DNA of 40,000 nucleotides from an uncultured Alphaproteobacteria bacterium (GTDB taxonomy: Bacteria > Pseudomonadota > Alphaproteobacteria > Rhizobiales > Beijerinckiaceae). The stretch spans positions 308,357 to 348,356 of the forward strand of contig CAWKNU010000002.1 of NCBI GenBank assembly GCA_963851175.1, read 5' to 3'. Shown here piece after piece: positions 7,559 to 16,321 of the stretch. Positions within the stretch are counted from its first letter, which is position 1; every line of letters starts with the position of its first letter. Below the pieces are notes generated by a model. The model was not told the DNA's origin, did not search any database, and saw nothing but the letters and a program-made list of their open reading frames with translations. The translations under genes and the position numbers were made by a program.

Positions 7559-9367
7559 CTAGCCAACCGCCTCCCGGGGCCGCGCTGCCGCCGCAGTTCC
7601 GGCCCGGATCACCTCGTCGCGCCGCTTGCGGGCCAAGGCCGCCTCGCCGCCGGTGGTGACGTGATAAAGGTCGAGTGTCTCGAACTCATCCGAGCGCGGC
7701 GGCTCGATCGCGGTATCGGTGTAGGTCATGCGGTCCGGTGCCGCGAGGACCTCCTTCAAGGTGGCTTTGGAGCGCCGATAGAAGCTCCAATATCCAGCCA
7801 CCTTGCGCAGCGTCTCGGCCCAATAGCGCGGGTAGAACGCCAGCGGGCTTTCGATCGGAAGCGTGCTGCGGCGATCGAGACGGGACTTGCGCCGGAACGC
7901 GCCACCCTCGAGCGGGTGCACGTTCTCGTAATCGATCATCAGCTTGAACCACATGATGGTGGACAGCGTGGTTCCGGGCCGACCGATAGGGTTGGCAGCG
8001 GCCCGGCGCAGGATCGTGCGGATGTGGTCGGGCGTGTAGAAAGCCTCCCAGGCAGCCCGATAGGCCTCTTCCCACTCGGAATCCGACATGGTCGCGTGGT
8101 GCGAGACCCGATGGTTCAGATCGTATTTGTTGACGTCGGGATCCATCCAGACGCCCTTCGCCAACATGGTCTTGTGGTCCTCCGAGCCCGGCAAGGGTGT
8201 CAGGAAGAAGAACTCCAGGATGTCCAGCGGCAGTTCGCGCTTGATGATCTCGATGTCGCGCAGGATCGAGGCCTTGGTGTCGGCCGGAAAACCCAGGATG
8301 TAGCCCGCATAGGTGATGGCCCCGTGGGTGCGCCACTTCTGCAGCATATCCCGGTATTCGGTGATCTTGTTCTGCCGCTTCTTGGCCGCGATGAGGTTGT
8401 CGGGGTTGATGTTCTCCAGCCCGATGAACACCCGGCGCACCCCGGCAAGGCCCGCCTTCTCGATGAAGTTCGGGATCTTGTGGCAGAGCGTGTCGACCTG
8501 GATCGTGAAGCCGATCTTCAGCCCCTCCGCGCGCAGTTCGATCATTTTGTCGAAAAGCACCTCCCAGCGCGAGTTGCGGGCGAAGTTGTCGTCGGTAATG
8601 AAGAACCGCTTGATGCCCTGGGCGTAGTTCTCCCGGATGATGTGCTCGAGGTCCTCCGGCGAGCGAAACCGGCTCTTGCGTCCCTGCACGTTGATGATCG
8701 TGCAGAACGAGCACTGGTAGGGACAGCCGCGGCCGAGATCGATGCTGGAGAGCGAGCCGGAGGTTCGCTTGACATGGGTGCGGGGCAGGATCGGCGGCGG
8801 CTCGCCTTCGAGCGGCGGCAGATCGTCCATGTAATTATAGATCGGCTGCAGCCCGGGCCCGGCGGCATCGCGGATCACCTGGTCGAGCCGACCGCTCTCC
8901 GCCTCGCCGGCGAAAAACGAAATGCCCAGGGCCTGGGCGTCCTTCATCTCGGCCGGCATCTCGGGCAGCATGGCGAGGCACCCGGAGACGTGGAAGCCGC
9001 CAATGCAGACCGGATAACCGGCCGCCATGAAGGGCTTGGCGAGATCGACGGCGCGCGGAAACTGGTTCGACTGCACGCCGACGAGACAGATGAGGCCCCG
9101 CCCGCCCGCCTTTTCGATCATGCGGACGATGCGCTCGGGACGGGTGCGGCGGTTGGTCTCGTCGAACGTGTGCAGACGAATGTCGACGTCAGGGCCAAGC
9201 ACCTGCCGCCGAACCAGGTCTTCGGCGAGCCCGTTCATGCAGGCCAAGGTGTTGGACGGAATCGCCGACCGGTACCACTGGATGGGGTATCCGTCGTCGT
9301 CGTAATGCGTCGGCTTTATCATTACGACGTTAAAAACGCCGCCGCGTGGCCCGGGGATCTGTTCCAT
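7559..9367 (-). CDS. Cobalamin-binding-domain (class B) radical SAM protein, paralogue A
   Basis: The 602-aa protein has the N-terminal domain FNVVMIKPTHYDDDGYPIQW...LVGVQSNQFPRAVDLAKPF...IGGFHVSG. The radical SAM cluster motif is GRGCPYQCSFCTI (CxxxCxxC). It also has ...FFITDDNFARN...FIGLENINP... and a ~200-aa C-terminal extension. ATG at 9367 follows CAGAGG. Confidence 0.9.
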   Translation of the reverse strand: MEQIPGPRGGVFNVVMIKPTHYDDDGYPIQWYRSAIPSNTLACMNGLAEDLVRRQVLGPDVDIRLHTFDETNRRTRPERIVRMIEKAGGRGLICLVGVQSNQFPRAVDLAKPFMAAGYPVCIGGFHVSGCLAMLPEMPAEMKDAQALGISFFAGEAESGRLDQVIRDAAGPGLQPIYNYMDDLPPLEGEPPPILPRTHVKRTSGSLSSIDLGRGCPYQCSFCTIINVQGRKSRFRSPEDLEHIIRENYAQGIKRFFITDDNFARNSRWEVLFDKMIELRAEGLKIGFTIQVDTLCHKIPNFIEKAGLAGVRRVFIGLENINPDNLIAAKKRQNKITEYRDMLQKWRTHGAITYAGYILGFPADTKASILRDIEIIKRELPLDILEFFFLTPLPGSEDHKTMLAKGVWMDPDVNKYDLNHRVSHHATMSDSEWEEAYRAAWEAFYTPDHIRTILRRAAANPIGRPGTTLSTIMWFKLMIDYENVHPLEGGAFRRKSRLDRRSTLPIESPLAFYPRYWAETLRKVAGYWSFYRRSKATLKEVLAAPDRMTYTDTAIEPPRSDEFETLDLYHVTTGGEAALARKRRDEVIRAGTAAAARPREAVG

Positions 9368-9390
9368 TCTGAGACCTCTGACTGGAGCCA

Positions 9391-9419
9391 CTCTTAGAGC
9401 GTGCCGACCTCAATATCAA
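9391..9419 (-). promoter_or_regulatory. Putative sigma70-type promoter of rSAM paralogue A
   Basis: The minus strand reads TTGATA-N17-TAAGAG. It lies inside a leader that is conserved with the one upstream of paralogue B. Confidence 0.3.
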
Positions 9420-9545
9420 AGCCGGAGGTTAGCCGGTCGGTCCGCCCGACCACTCGGCTCCGGCCAAAAGTTCGCGATCGGGTTCCGATCAGGCCCTTTC
9501 GATGCGCCCCGGACGGACTTCCTACGCCGCCCGGCCGCGACCCAC

Positions 9546-11363
9546 TCAACCGACCGCGACCTGCGGCCGGGCCGTGACGGCGCTCGCGGCCCGGATCGCC
9601 TCGTCCCGCCGCTTGCGGGCGAGCGCGGCTTCGCCCCCCGTCGTCGCATGATAGAGCGACAGTTCCTCGAACTCCTGGGTCTCCTGCGGCGTGATGGCCA
9701 CATCGGTGTAGCTCGCCCGGTCGGGTGCGTCGCGCACCTCCTTCATGATGGCCTTGAACTGCAGGATTGTGGACCAGTAACCGCCGAGCTTGCGGACGCT
9801 TTCGCGCACCATCCGGGGGTAGAACGCAAGCGGACTTTCGATCGGCAGGCCAGGGCGGCGGTCCTTGCGGAATTTGAGCCGCAACGCGCCGCCTTCGAGC
9901 GGATGCAGGTTCTCGTAGGCAATCATCAGGTGGAACCAGAGCAGCGTCGAGAGCAGCGACTTCAGGTAGCGCAAGCGGTTGACGCCAGCGCGCCGCAGTA
10001 TCGTCCTGATGTGATCGAGACTGTAATAGGACGCCCAGGCCGCCCGATAAGCCTCTTCCCATTCGGAATCAGACATCTTGCCGTGATGCGAGACGCGGTG
10101 GTTGAGATCGTATTTGTTGAGGTCCGGATCCATCCAGACGCCCTTGGCCAGCAGATTCTTGTGGTCTTCCGAGCCGGGGAGCGGCGTCAGAAAGAAAAAT
10201 TCCAGCAGGTCGAGCGGCAACTCGCGCTTGATGATCTCGACATCGCGCAGGATGCTTTCCTTGGTGTCGGCCGGAAAGCCCAGAATGTAGCCCGCGCAGG
10301 TCAGCGCACCGTGGTCGCGCCACTTCTGCATCATGGCCCGGTATTCCGTGATCTTGTTCTGCCGCTTCTTGGCTGCGATCAGGTTCTCGGGATTGATGTT
10401 CTCGAGCCCGATGAAGACGCGGCCGGCACCGGCGCGCGTCGCCTTCTCGATGAAGTTCGGGATCTTGTGACACAAAGTGTCGACCTGGATGGTGAAGCCA
10501 AGCACCATCCCTTCTTCCTCGCGCAGCTTGATGATGCGGTCGAAGAAGGCTTCCCAGTCCTTGTTGCGGGCGAAATTGTCGTCGGTGATGAAGAAGCGCT
10601 TGACCCCCTGGGCGTAGTTCTGGCGCAGGATGCGTTCGAGATCGTCGGCCGTACGGAAGCGGCTCTTGCGGCCCTGGACGTTGATGATGGTGCAGAACGA
10701 GCACTGGTACGGGCAGCCGCGTCCGAGATCGAGGCTCGAGAAGGTCCCCGTGGTTCGGCGCACCTTGGTGCGAGGCAAGATCGGCAGCGGCTCCCCGTCG
10801 AGTGCCGGCAGGTCGTCCATGTGATTGTAGAGCGGCGCCATCTTGCCCGCATAGGCGTCGCGCAGAACCTCGTCGAGGCGCCGGTCCTCGGCTTCGCCGG
10901 CGAACAGCGAAATGCCAAGCTCCTGGGCAGCACGGATCTCGGGGGGCAGTTCCGGCAGCATGGCGATGCAGCCGGAGACGTGGAAGCCGCCGATGCCGAC
11001 CGGCAGCCCGGCGGCCCGGAACGGCTTGGCGAGATCGACCGCGCGCGGAAACTGGTTCGACTGCACGCCCACGAAGCACACGAGGCCACGCCCGCCGGCC
11101 GTCTCGATCATGCGGATGATGCGCTCTGGGCGGACCCGGGTGTTTGTCTCGTCGAACGTATGGAGCCGGATCTGGACATCGGGGCCGAGCACCTGCCGAG
11201 TGGCCGCATCTTCGGCGAGTCCGTTCAGACAGGCCAGGGTGTTGGACGGGATCGCCGAGCGAAACCACTGGATCGGGTAGCCTTCGTCATCATAATGCGT
11301 AGGCTTGATCATCACGACGTTGAAGATGCTGCCGGCGCCGCCGGACCCTGAGACCTGCTGCAT
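9546..11363 (-). CDS. Cobalamin-binding-domain (class B) radical SAM protein, paralogue B
   Basis: The 605-aa protein is colinear with paralogue A along its full length. By eye, roughly three quarters of positions are identical (not computed). It has the same GRGCPYQCSFCTI motif. ATG at 11363 follows GAGAGG. Confidence 0.9.
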   Translation of the reverse strand: MQQVSGSGGAGSIFNVVMIKPTHYDDEGYPIQWFRSAIPSNTLACLNGLAEDAATRQVLGPDVQIRLHTFDETNTRVRPERIIRMIETAGGRGLVCFVGVQSNQFPRAVDLAKPFRAAGLPVGIGGFHVSGCIAMLPELPPEIRAAQELGISLFAGEAEDRRLDEVLRDAYAGKMAPLYNHMDDLPALDGEPLPILPRTKVRRTTGTFSSLDLGRGCPYQCSFCTIINVQGRKSRFRTADDLERILRQNYAQGVKRFFITDDNFARNKDWEAFFDRIIKLREEEGMVLGFTIQVDTLCHKIPNFIEKATRAGAGRVFIGLENINPENLIAAKKRQNKITEYRAMMQKWRDHGALTCAGYILGFPADTKESILRDVEIIKRELPLDLLEFFFLTPLPGSEDHKNLLAKGVWMDPDLNKYDLNHRVSHHGKMSDSEWEEAYRAAWASYYSLDHIRTILRRAGVNRLRYLKSLLSTLLWFHLMIAYENLHPLEGGALRLKFRKDRRPGLPIESPLAFYPRMVRESVRKLGGYWSTILQFKAIMKEVRDAPDRASYTDVAITPQETQEFEELSLYHATTGGEAALARKRRDEAIRAASAVTARPQVAVG

Positions 11364-11385
11364 TATGACCTCTCTGGCTCAGGAC

Positions 11386-11413
11386 ATTCTAAAGCGTGTC
11401 GACATTCATTCAA
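11386..11413 (-). promoter_or_regulatory. Putative sigma70-type promoter of rSAM paralogue B
   Basis: The minus strand reads TTGAAT-N16-TAGAAT, ending about 20 nt upstream of the ATG. Confidence 0.4.
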
Positions 11414-11561
11414 AGCAGCAAGTGCAACCGCCCTACTAACCACTTGACCGTCGCTTGGCGCCGAGGGCGAGCAATTCGTGTCGGCCCCGTCAAACCCATC
11501 ATAGCGAAAGCGCGTAACGAGCAGAGGCGATCACCATCGCGACCATTATCAGGGAGCCCAC

Positions 11562-12362
11562 ATGCTGCTTCGCAAATCCGGCGAAGACGTCATCGCCATT
11601 CCCCAGCCCAGCCATTCCTGGCTCTCCGGCCAGATGGCGCGGGCCTGGGGCAACGAGCGTTTCGCGCGCCCGGAGCCGCATGCCGAGTTCTGCCTCGGAG
11701 CCGAGCAGCACGACCTCGGCTGGCTCGGTTGGGAACTGGCTCCCGAGCTCGACCCCGACACCGGACTGCCGCGGGAGTTCATGCGACTGCGACCGCCCGA
11801 CCATGTGGCGCTCTGGACGGATGGGGTGAGGCGCGCCCGGCTGTACGGCAGCTATCCGGCCCTGCTGGTGTCGCTGCACGCGGAAACCATCTATTCGCGC
11901 CACTTCGATTTCGACGCGGCCACCCCGGACGACAGGCGCATCGTTCGATCCTTCCTGGATGATCAGCGCGCGTTTCGCCATGGCGTGACCGCCGCGCTGC
12001 ATGCCGACAAGCGCTTGGCAGCCGTGACGACCGAGGACGTGCTCGAACATAATCGGCTGCTGGTTGCGGCGCTGGATTGGATGTCGCTGCAGATCTGCTG
12101 GGGCGTTACCCAGGAGGCGCGCCTGCCCGAGGTTCCCGTGACCGGCGAGGAGAGGGTCGAACTCACGCTCCGGCCGGGTACACGTGTGGCGGAGACCGTT
12201 GTGGTCGATCCCTGGCCCTTCGCGGTGGATCAACTCGAGGTTCGGGCGGAGGGTCGTTTCCTCAAGGGTCGGTTTGCAAGCGACGAGGCCCTGCATTCGG
12301 CGCTCAAGCGCGCCGATCCGAGGCTGGTCACGACGATACTAGTGCCCAACCCCGACTCTTGA
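11562..12362 (+). CDS. Hypothetical protein, DUF3891-like (assignment tentative)
   Basis: The 266-aa ORF has ATG after GGGAG. Its N-terminus MLLRKSGEDVIAIPQPSHSWLSGQMARAWG resembles the DUF3891 N-terminal pattern as I remember it (..I.Q..H...SG..A..W). This has not been verified by search. Confidence 0.6.
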   Translation: MLLRKSGEDVIAIPQPSHSWLSGQMARAWGNERFARPEPHAEFCLGAEQHDLGWLGWELAPELDPDTGLPREFMRLRPPDHVALWTDGVRRARLYGSYPALLVSLHAETIYSRHFDFDAATPDDRRIVRSFLDDQRAFRHGVTAALHADKRLAAVTTEDVLEHNRLLVAALDWMSLQICWGVTQEARLPEVPVTGEERVELTLRPGTRVAETVVVDPWPFAVDQLEVRAEGRFLKGRFASDEALHSALKRADPRLVTTILVPNPDS

Positions 12363-12500
12363 CCGCGACCATTGTTGGCGTCGGACTACATCCCGCTAGC
12401 AAATGGGCATCGCGGCCTAAATCCCACACCTCTAAAAAATTTCAGTTAACGCCTTCAAATTCGATTTGGTTCCCCATAATCTCGAAAATTATCTCTAAAA

Positions 12501-14312
12501 GTGGGGTGGCCCGTGTCAACCTTCCACATCGAGATCATCAAGCCGTCGCACTACGACAAGGATGGCTACGTTATTCAATGGCTGCGGGCGTGGATCCCGT
12601 CGAATTCCATGGCGTGCCTCTACTCGATAGCACAGGACTGCGCAGGCCGCCGGGCTTTGGGCGACGACGTCGCGATCGAGATCGCGGCCTACGACGAGAT
12701 GAACATCAAGATCCCGATCGGGCGCATCGCACGCACGATCAAGCGTCCCGGTCACGCCGGGCTTGTCTGCCTCGTGGGGGTCCAGTCGAACCAGTTTCCG
12801 CGGGCCATGGCCATCGCGAGACAGTTCCGGCAACGCGGCGTCGCGGTCGCGATCGGCGGCTTCCATGTCAGCGGCGTGCTCTCGATGCTGAAGGAATTGA
12901 CGCCCGAGTTGCAGGAGGCAGTCGACCTTGGCGTTACCCTCTACGCCGGGGAAGCCGAGGAGCATTTCGAGGCCTTGCTGAAGGACATCTACGCCGGCCA
13001 GGCCCAGCCGCTCTATAATTACATGGACGATCTGCCGAACCTCCAGGGACAGACCATCCCGTGGCTGCCGCGAGATATCGTCAAACGCTATGATGGCGTG
13101 ATCTCATCCTTCGATGCCGGGCGCGGCTGTCCCTTCCAGTGTTCGTTCTGCACGATCATCAACGTCCAGGGACGCAAGTCGCGCTGGCGCGATGCCGACG
13201 ATATCGAGCGAATCGTGCGCGAGAATGCCAGGCAGGGCATTTCGCGTTTCTTCATCACCGACGACAACTTCGCGCGCAACCGGAATTGGGAGCCGATCTT
13301 CGACCGGATGATCGAGTTGCGCGAGCAGCAGGGTCTAAGGCTGTCTTTCCTGATCCAGGTCGACACGCTCGCTCATAAGATCCCGAACTTCATCGAGAAG
13401 GCGGTTCGCGCCGGATGCCGCTACGCTTTCATCGGGCTCGAGAGCATCAATCCCGACAATCTCGCCTACATGAAGAAGAACCAGAACCGGATCACTGAAT
13501 ACCGGAAGATGTTTCAGGCGTGGAAAACTGCCGGCGCTGTGACCTATGCGGGATTCATCATGGGGTTGCCGGGAGACACCCCGCAGTCGATCCGCAGGGA
13601 TGTGGAGATCGTCCAGCGTGAACTGCCGGTCGATCTGCTCGAATTCACCATGCTGACGCCGCTGCCTGGATCGGAAGACCATCAGAAGCTGCATCAGCAG
13701 GGCATCTGGATGGATCCGGATCTCAACAAGTACGATCTCGAAACCGCCACCGTCGAGCATCCACGCATGAGCCGCGACGAGTGGCAACAATGCTATCGTG
13801 ACATGTGGGACTGGTATTACACGGATGAGCACATCGAGCGCATGATGCGCCGCAATTTCGCCTACGGCATCAATCCTGTCCGCATCATGCGCGGCGTGCT
13901 GCAAGTGTACGGCGCGATGGCGTTCGAGGGGGTTCATCCGCAGCAGTGCGGCTATTTGAGGCGGAAGGACCGAACCCAACGCCGGCCCGAGCTTCCCCAA
14001 GTGCCCGCGGGGCTGTTCCACATCCGCCACGCCTGGAAGAGCGCCGTTAAATACGTCCGCTTTGCACGCTACGGATGGAAGCTGATCCGCATGCGAGACC
14101 AAGTTCGCAAGGACCCGGCCGCCCGGAACTATTCGGACCTCGCGATCACACCGGTGGTCGACTCGGCCGAAGAGAGCCTCGACATGTTCGCTCTGAACAA
14201 CTCGTCAAAGGCCGCCGTCGCAAAGGCCCGACGCCAAACTCGGCGGACCACGGTGGCAGACGAAGCGCCGGTCTTGCATGAACAGGGCGCACAGCCGGAG
14301 GTGACGGCCTAG
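12501..14312 (+). CDS. Cobalamin-binding-domain (class B) radical SAM protein, paralogue C (divergent copy)
   Basis: The 603-aa protein has the same architecture: FHIEIIKPSHYDKDGYVIQW, GVQSNQFPRAM, GGFHVSG, GRGCPFQCSFCTI, FFITDDNFARN. It is clearly more diverged than A is from B, and its C-terminal tail differs. The start is GTG at 12501 or GTG at 12513. Confidence 0.9.
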   Translation: MGWPVSTFHIEIIKPSHYDKDGYVIQWLRAWIPSNSMACLYSIAQDCAGRRALGDDVAIEIAAYDEMNIKIPIGRIARTIKRPGHAGLVCLVGVQSNQFPRAMAIARQFRQRGVAVAIGGFHVSGVLSMLKELTPELQEAVDLGVTLYAGEAEEHFEALLKDIYAGQAQPLYNYMDDLPNLQGQTIPWLPRDIVKRYDGVISSFDAGRGCPFQCSFCTIINVQGRKSRWRDADDIERIVRENARQGISRFFITDDNFARNRNWEPIFDRMIELREQQGLRLSFLIQVDTLAHKIPNFIEKAVRAGCRYAFIGLESINPDNLAYMKKNQNRITEYRKMFQAWKTAGAVTYAGFIMGLPGDTPQSIRRDVEIVQRELPVDLLEFTMLTPLPGSEDHQKLHQQGIWMDPDLNKYDLETATVEHPRMSRDEWQQCYRDMWDWYYTDEHIERMMRRNFAYGINPVRIMRGVLQVYGAMAFEGVHPQQCGYLRRKDRTQRRPELPQVPAGLFHIRHAWKSAVKYVRFARYGWKLIRMRDQVRKDPAARNYSDLAITPVVDSAEESLDMFALNNSSKAAVAKARRQTRRTTVADEAPVLHEQGAQPEVTA

Positions 14313-14416
14313 GCATTCGGCCCGGGGAGAGAGCGCCTACCCCCTTCAAGGACCTGCCGAACACACCAAACCTGATCCATGTGCGGGGCGTCTCGCGGCT
14401 TTGTTCTTGGTGCCAT

Positions 14417-14476
14417 GGGGGCGACCCGAGGCTGGTCACCACCACGCTCGTGCCGGAACCCGTCTCGGCGCCTTGA
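14417..14476 (+). pseudogene. Remnant of the 3' end of a second DUF3891-like gene
   Basis: 14420-14476 aligns with 12312-12362 at roughly 37 of 48 nt by hand. It translates to GDPRLVTTTLVPEPVSAP*, compared with ADPRLVTTILVPNPDS*, the C-terminus of the 11562..12362 protein. I recognised no intact upstream ORF. Confidence 0.5.
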
Positions 14477-14491
14477 TCGGACAGGTTGGGA

Positions 14492-15460
14492 TCACGCGAA
14501 GGACGCCTCCAGGCGCGCCGCATCGATGGCTCCGGTCCGGTAGGTTTCCCCGCCTTCGATCGCGGTCACGATGACGGCCGCGGGACTGAAGAGATGCGGG
14601 TCGATGCCGTAGAAATCGCCGCCGACGCGCGCAAAGATCTCGCGAAAGGGCTCGCCGTAATCGCGCGACATCGTGCTCGGAAGATGCTCGGCCAGACGAC
14701 GCGCATCGGGGGCCGGACCTGTCACGAAGAGATGCACCAGCCCCCCATAGATGAGGGCGTCGTTGGTCCGGCCCATCGCCACCCCATGATCGGGATGGGG
14801 TGGAGGCAAAGGCGCCGATCCAAGACCCTCGACGATGCGCTCCAGCGGAAAATCGGCCTGGTGAGCCTTGGACAGAGCCACTTCAAGCACGCGGGCCGCG
14901 ACCTGCACGCTCCCTGACAGGGACTCCGTGGGCACCAGGATAATGGTCAATTGGAGCGGATCGATCCTGCAAGCCCTTGCGACCTCCGCCACCACGGACG
15001 CGGGCGGCGGGGTGTGGCTCTCGACGACCAGCACGCTTTGCCCGGCCGTTTCGGAATAGCCGAGAAGCTTGAAGATCGGCTCGAGCCCCGCCAGTGCCCG
15101 CGCCGGCCCGGAGCCGAGCCCGTCATAGGAGTCCTTGGCATCGCGTCCAAGCTTCCAGCCCGCATATTGGCTGCAGAGGCAGGCCACCACCGGCTGGGAA
15201 GAGCGAACCGACACGCGCCAGGGCCAGAGCGGTGTCAGCGCCGAATCCTGCAGGCTGATGTCGGCCAGTCCACCCATGGTGATGCGGGCCAAAGCCAGAC
15301 CGGCCCCGATGCTCCCAGGCACCTTGGCCCCAGTGTCGATCAGGCGCTCGCCGAGCGACCCGACCGATAGCGCGACCCGTAAAGCCGCTGCGTCGTCGAC
15401 GAGATCTTCCACCAGGCGCAAGGCCCGGCGGTTGAGACCGAAATCCCGCCGCTCCACCAT
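14492..15460 (-). CDS. mch: Methenyltetrahydromethanopterin cyclohydrolase
   Basis: The 322-aa protein contains ...IDTGAKVPGSIGAGLALARITMGGL..., CSQYAGW, LSGSVQVAARVLEVALSKAH, GRTNDALIYGG and LFSPA. These are all hallmark Mch blocks. ATG at 15460 follows GGAGGAGGAGG. Confidence 0.9.
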   Translation of the reverse strand: MVERRDFGLNRRALRLVEDLVDDAAALRVALSVGSLGERLIDTGAKVPGSIGAGLALARITMGGLADISLQDSALTPLWPWRVSVRSSQPVVACLCSQYAGWKLGRDAKDSYDGLGSGPARALAGLEPIFKLLGYSETAGQSVLVVESHTPPPASVVAEVARACRIDPLQLTIILVPTESLSGSVQVAARVLEVALSKAHQADFPLERIVEGLGSAPLPPPHPDHGVAMGRTNDALIYGGLVHLFVTGPAPDARRLAEHLPSTMSRDYGEPFREIFARVGGDFYGIDPHLFSPAAVIVTAIEGGETYRTGAIDAARLEASFA

Positions 15461-15495
15461 GATCGCTGCTCCTCCTCCTCCGCTGGTACGAGCCC

Positions 15496-16317
15496 TCAGT
15501 TCCAGAAATCGGGCAGGACGGGGCTGAGTTTTCCGCCGATCCGAACGGGCGCAATCTGGAGGGCCAGGCCGGTCGCATCGTCGGTTTCCACCGCTACGCC
15601 GCAGAGAGTCGCGGGCCCGTTTGCCGGCTCGAAGCGGCCGCCCGGCAGCTTGCGGATGAAGCGCCGGATCGGTTCCTCCTTCTCGACCCCGATGACGCTG
15701 TCGTAGTCGCCGGTCATGCCGGCATCGGTGATATAGGCCGTGCCGCCCGACAGCACGCGGTGGTCGGCTGTGGGTATGTGGGTGTGGGTGCCGACCACCA
15801 GGCTCGCCCTTCCGTCGAGCACGTGCCCGATGGCGTTCTTCTCGCTGGTCGCCTCGGCATGGACGTCGACGATCACGGCGTCGCACGCCCGCCCGAGCGG
15901 GCAGGCCTCGATCTCCCGTTCGAGGCCCGCGAGGGGATCGTCGAGGGCGTCCATGAAGACGCGACCCATGACGTTCATGACCAGGACCTGGCGGCCGTCG
16001 GCCAGGGTCACCAGGGTGGCGCCCCGGCCCGGTGTTCCAGGCGGATAATTGAGCGGGCGCACGAGCCGGGGCTGCCGATCGATGAAGATCAGGGCTTCGC
16101 GCTGATCGAAGGCATGGTTGCCGAGTGTCACCGCGTCGGCTCCGGCCCCCAGAATGTCGTTGCATATGGCTTCGGTGATGCCCGCCCCACCGGCCGCATT
16201 CTCGCCGTTCACCACCACGCAATCGAGCGCGTAGCGGGCTCGCAGGCCGGGCAGTTCGGCCAGGATTGCGGCGCGGCCGGAGCGGCCCATCACGTCACCA
16301 ACGAACAGAATGCGCAT
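15496..16317 (-). CDS. YmdB-like metallophosphoesterase (TIGR00282 family)
   Basis: The sequence is MRILFVGDVMGRSGR...VVVNGENAAGGAGIT...TLGNHAFD...DVHAEATSEKNA...GTHTHIPTAD...ITDAGMTGDYDSVIG. Confidence 0.85.
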   Translation of the reverse strand: MRILFVGDVMGRSGRAAILAELPGLRARYALDCVVVNGENAAGGAGITEAICNDILGAGADAVTLGNHAFDQREALIFIDRQPRLVRPLNYPPGTPGRGATLVTLADGRQVLVMNVMGRVFMDALDDPLAGLEREIEACPLGRACDAVIVDVHAEATSEKNAIGHVLDGRASLVVGTHTHIPTADHRVLSGGTAYITDAGMTGDYDSVIGVEKEEPIRRFIRKLPGGRFEPANGPATLCGVAVETDDATGLALQIAPVRIGGKLSPVLPDFWN

Positions 16318-16321
16318 TCGT

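Noticed and set aside
7364-14491. A search for a RiPP precursor peptide, a cobalamin riboswitch (B12 box) or a dedicated transporter associated with the three radical SAM genes.
   Set aside because: I found no short ORF with an SD in the intergenic gaps (7364-7558, 9368-9545, 11364-11561, 12363-12500, 14313-14491). I also found no B12-box-like sequence. The absence is based on manual reading only.
14492-16222. A 576-aa ORF that appears to fuse mch with upstream sequence. Over-extended N-termini are similar: 3575..4891, 4291..5133, 17175..17924, 17855..18166 and 35714..36394.
   Set aside because: The upstream parts are out-of-frame read-through across the neighbouring gene (ymdB-like, etc.). 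Internal starts with SD sequences give proteins of canonical length.
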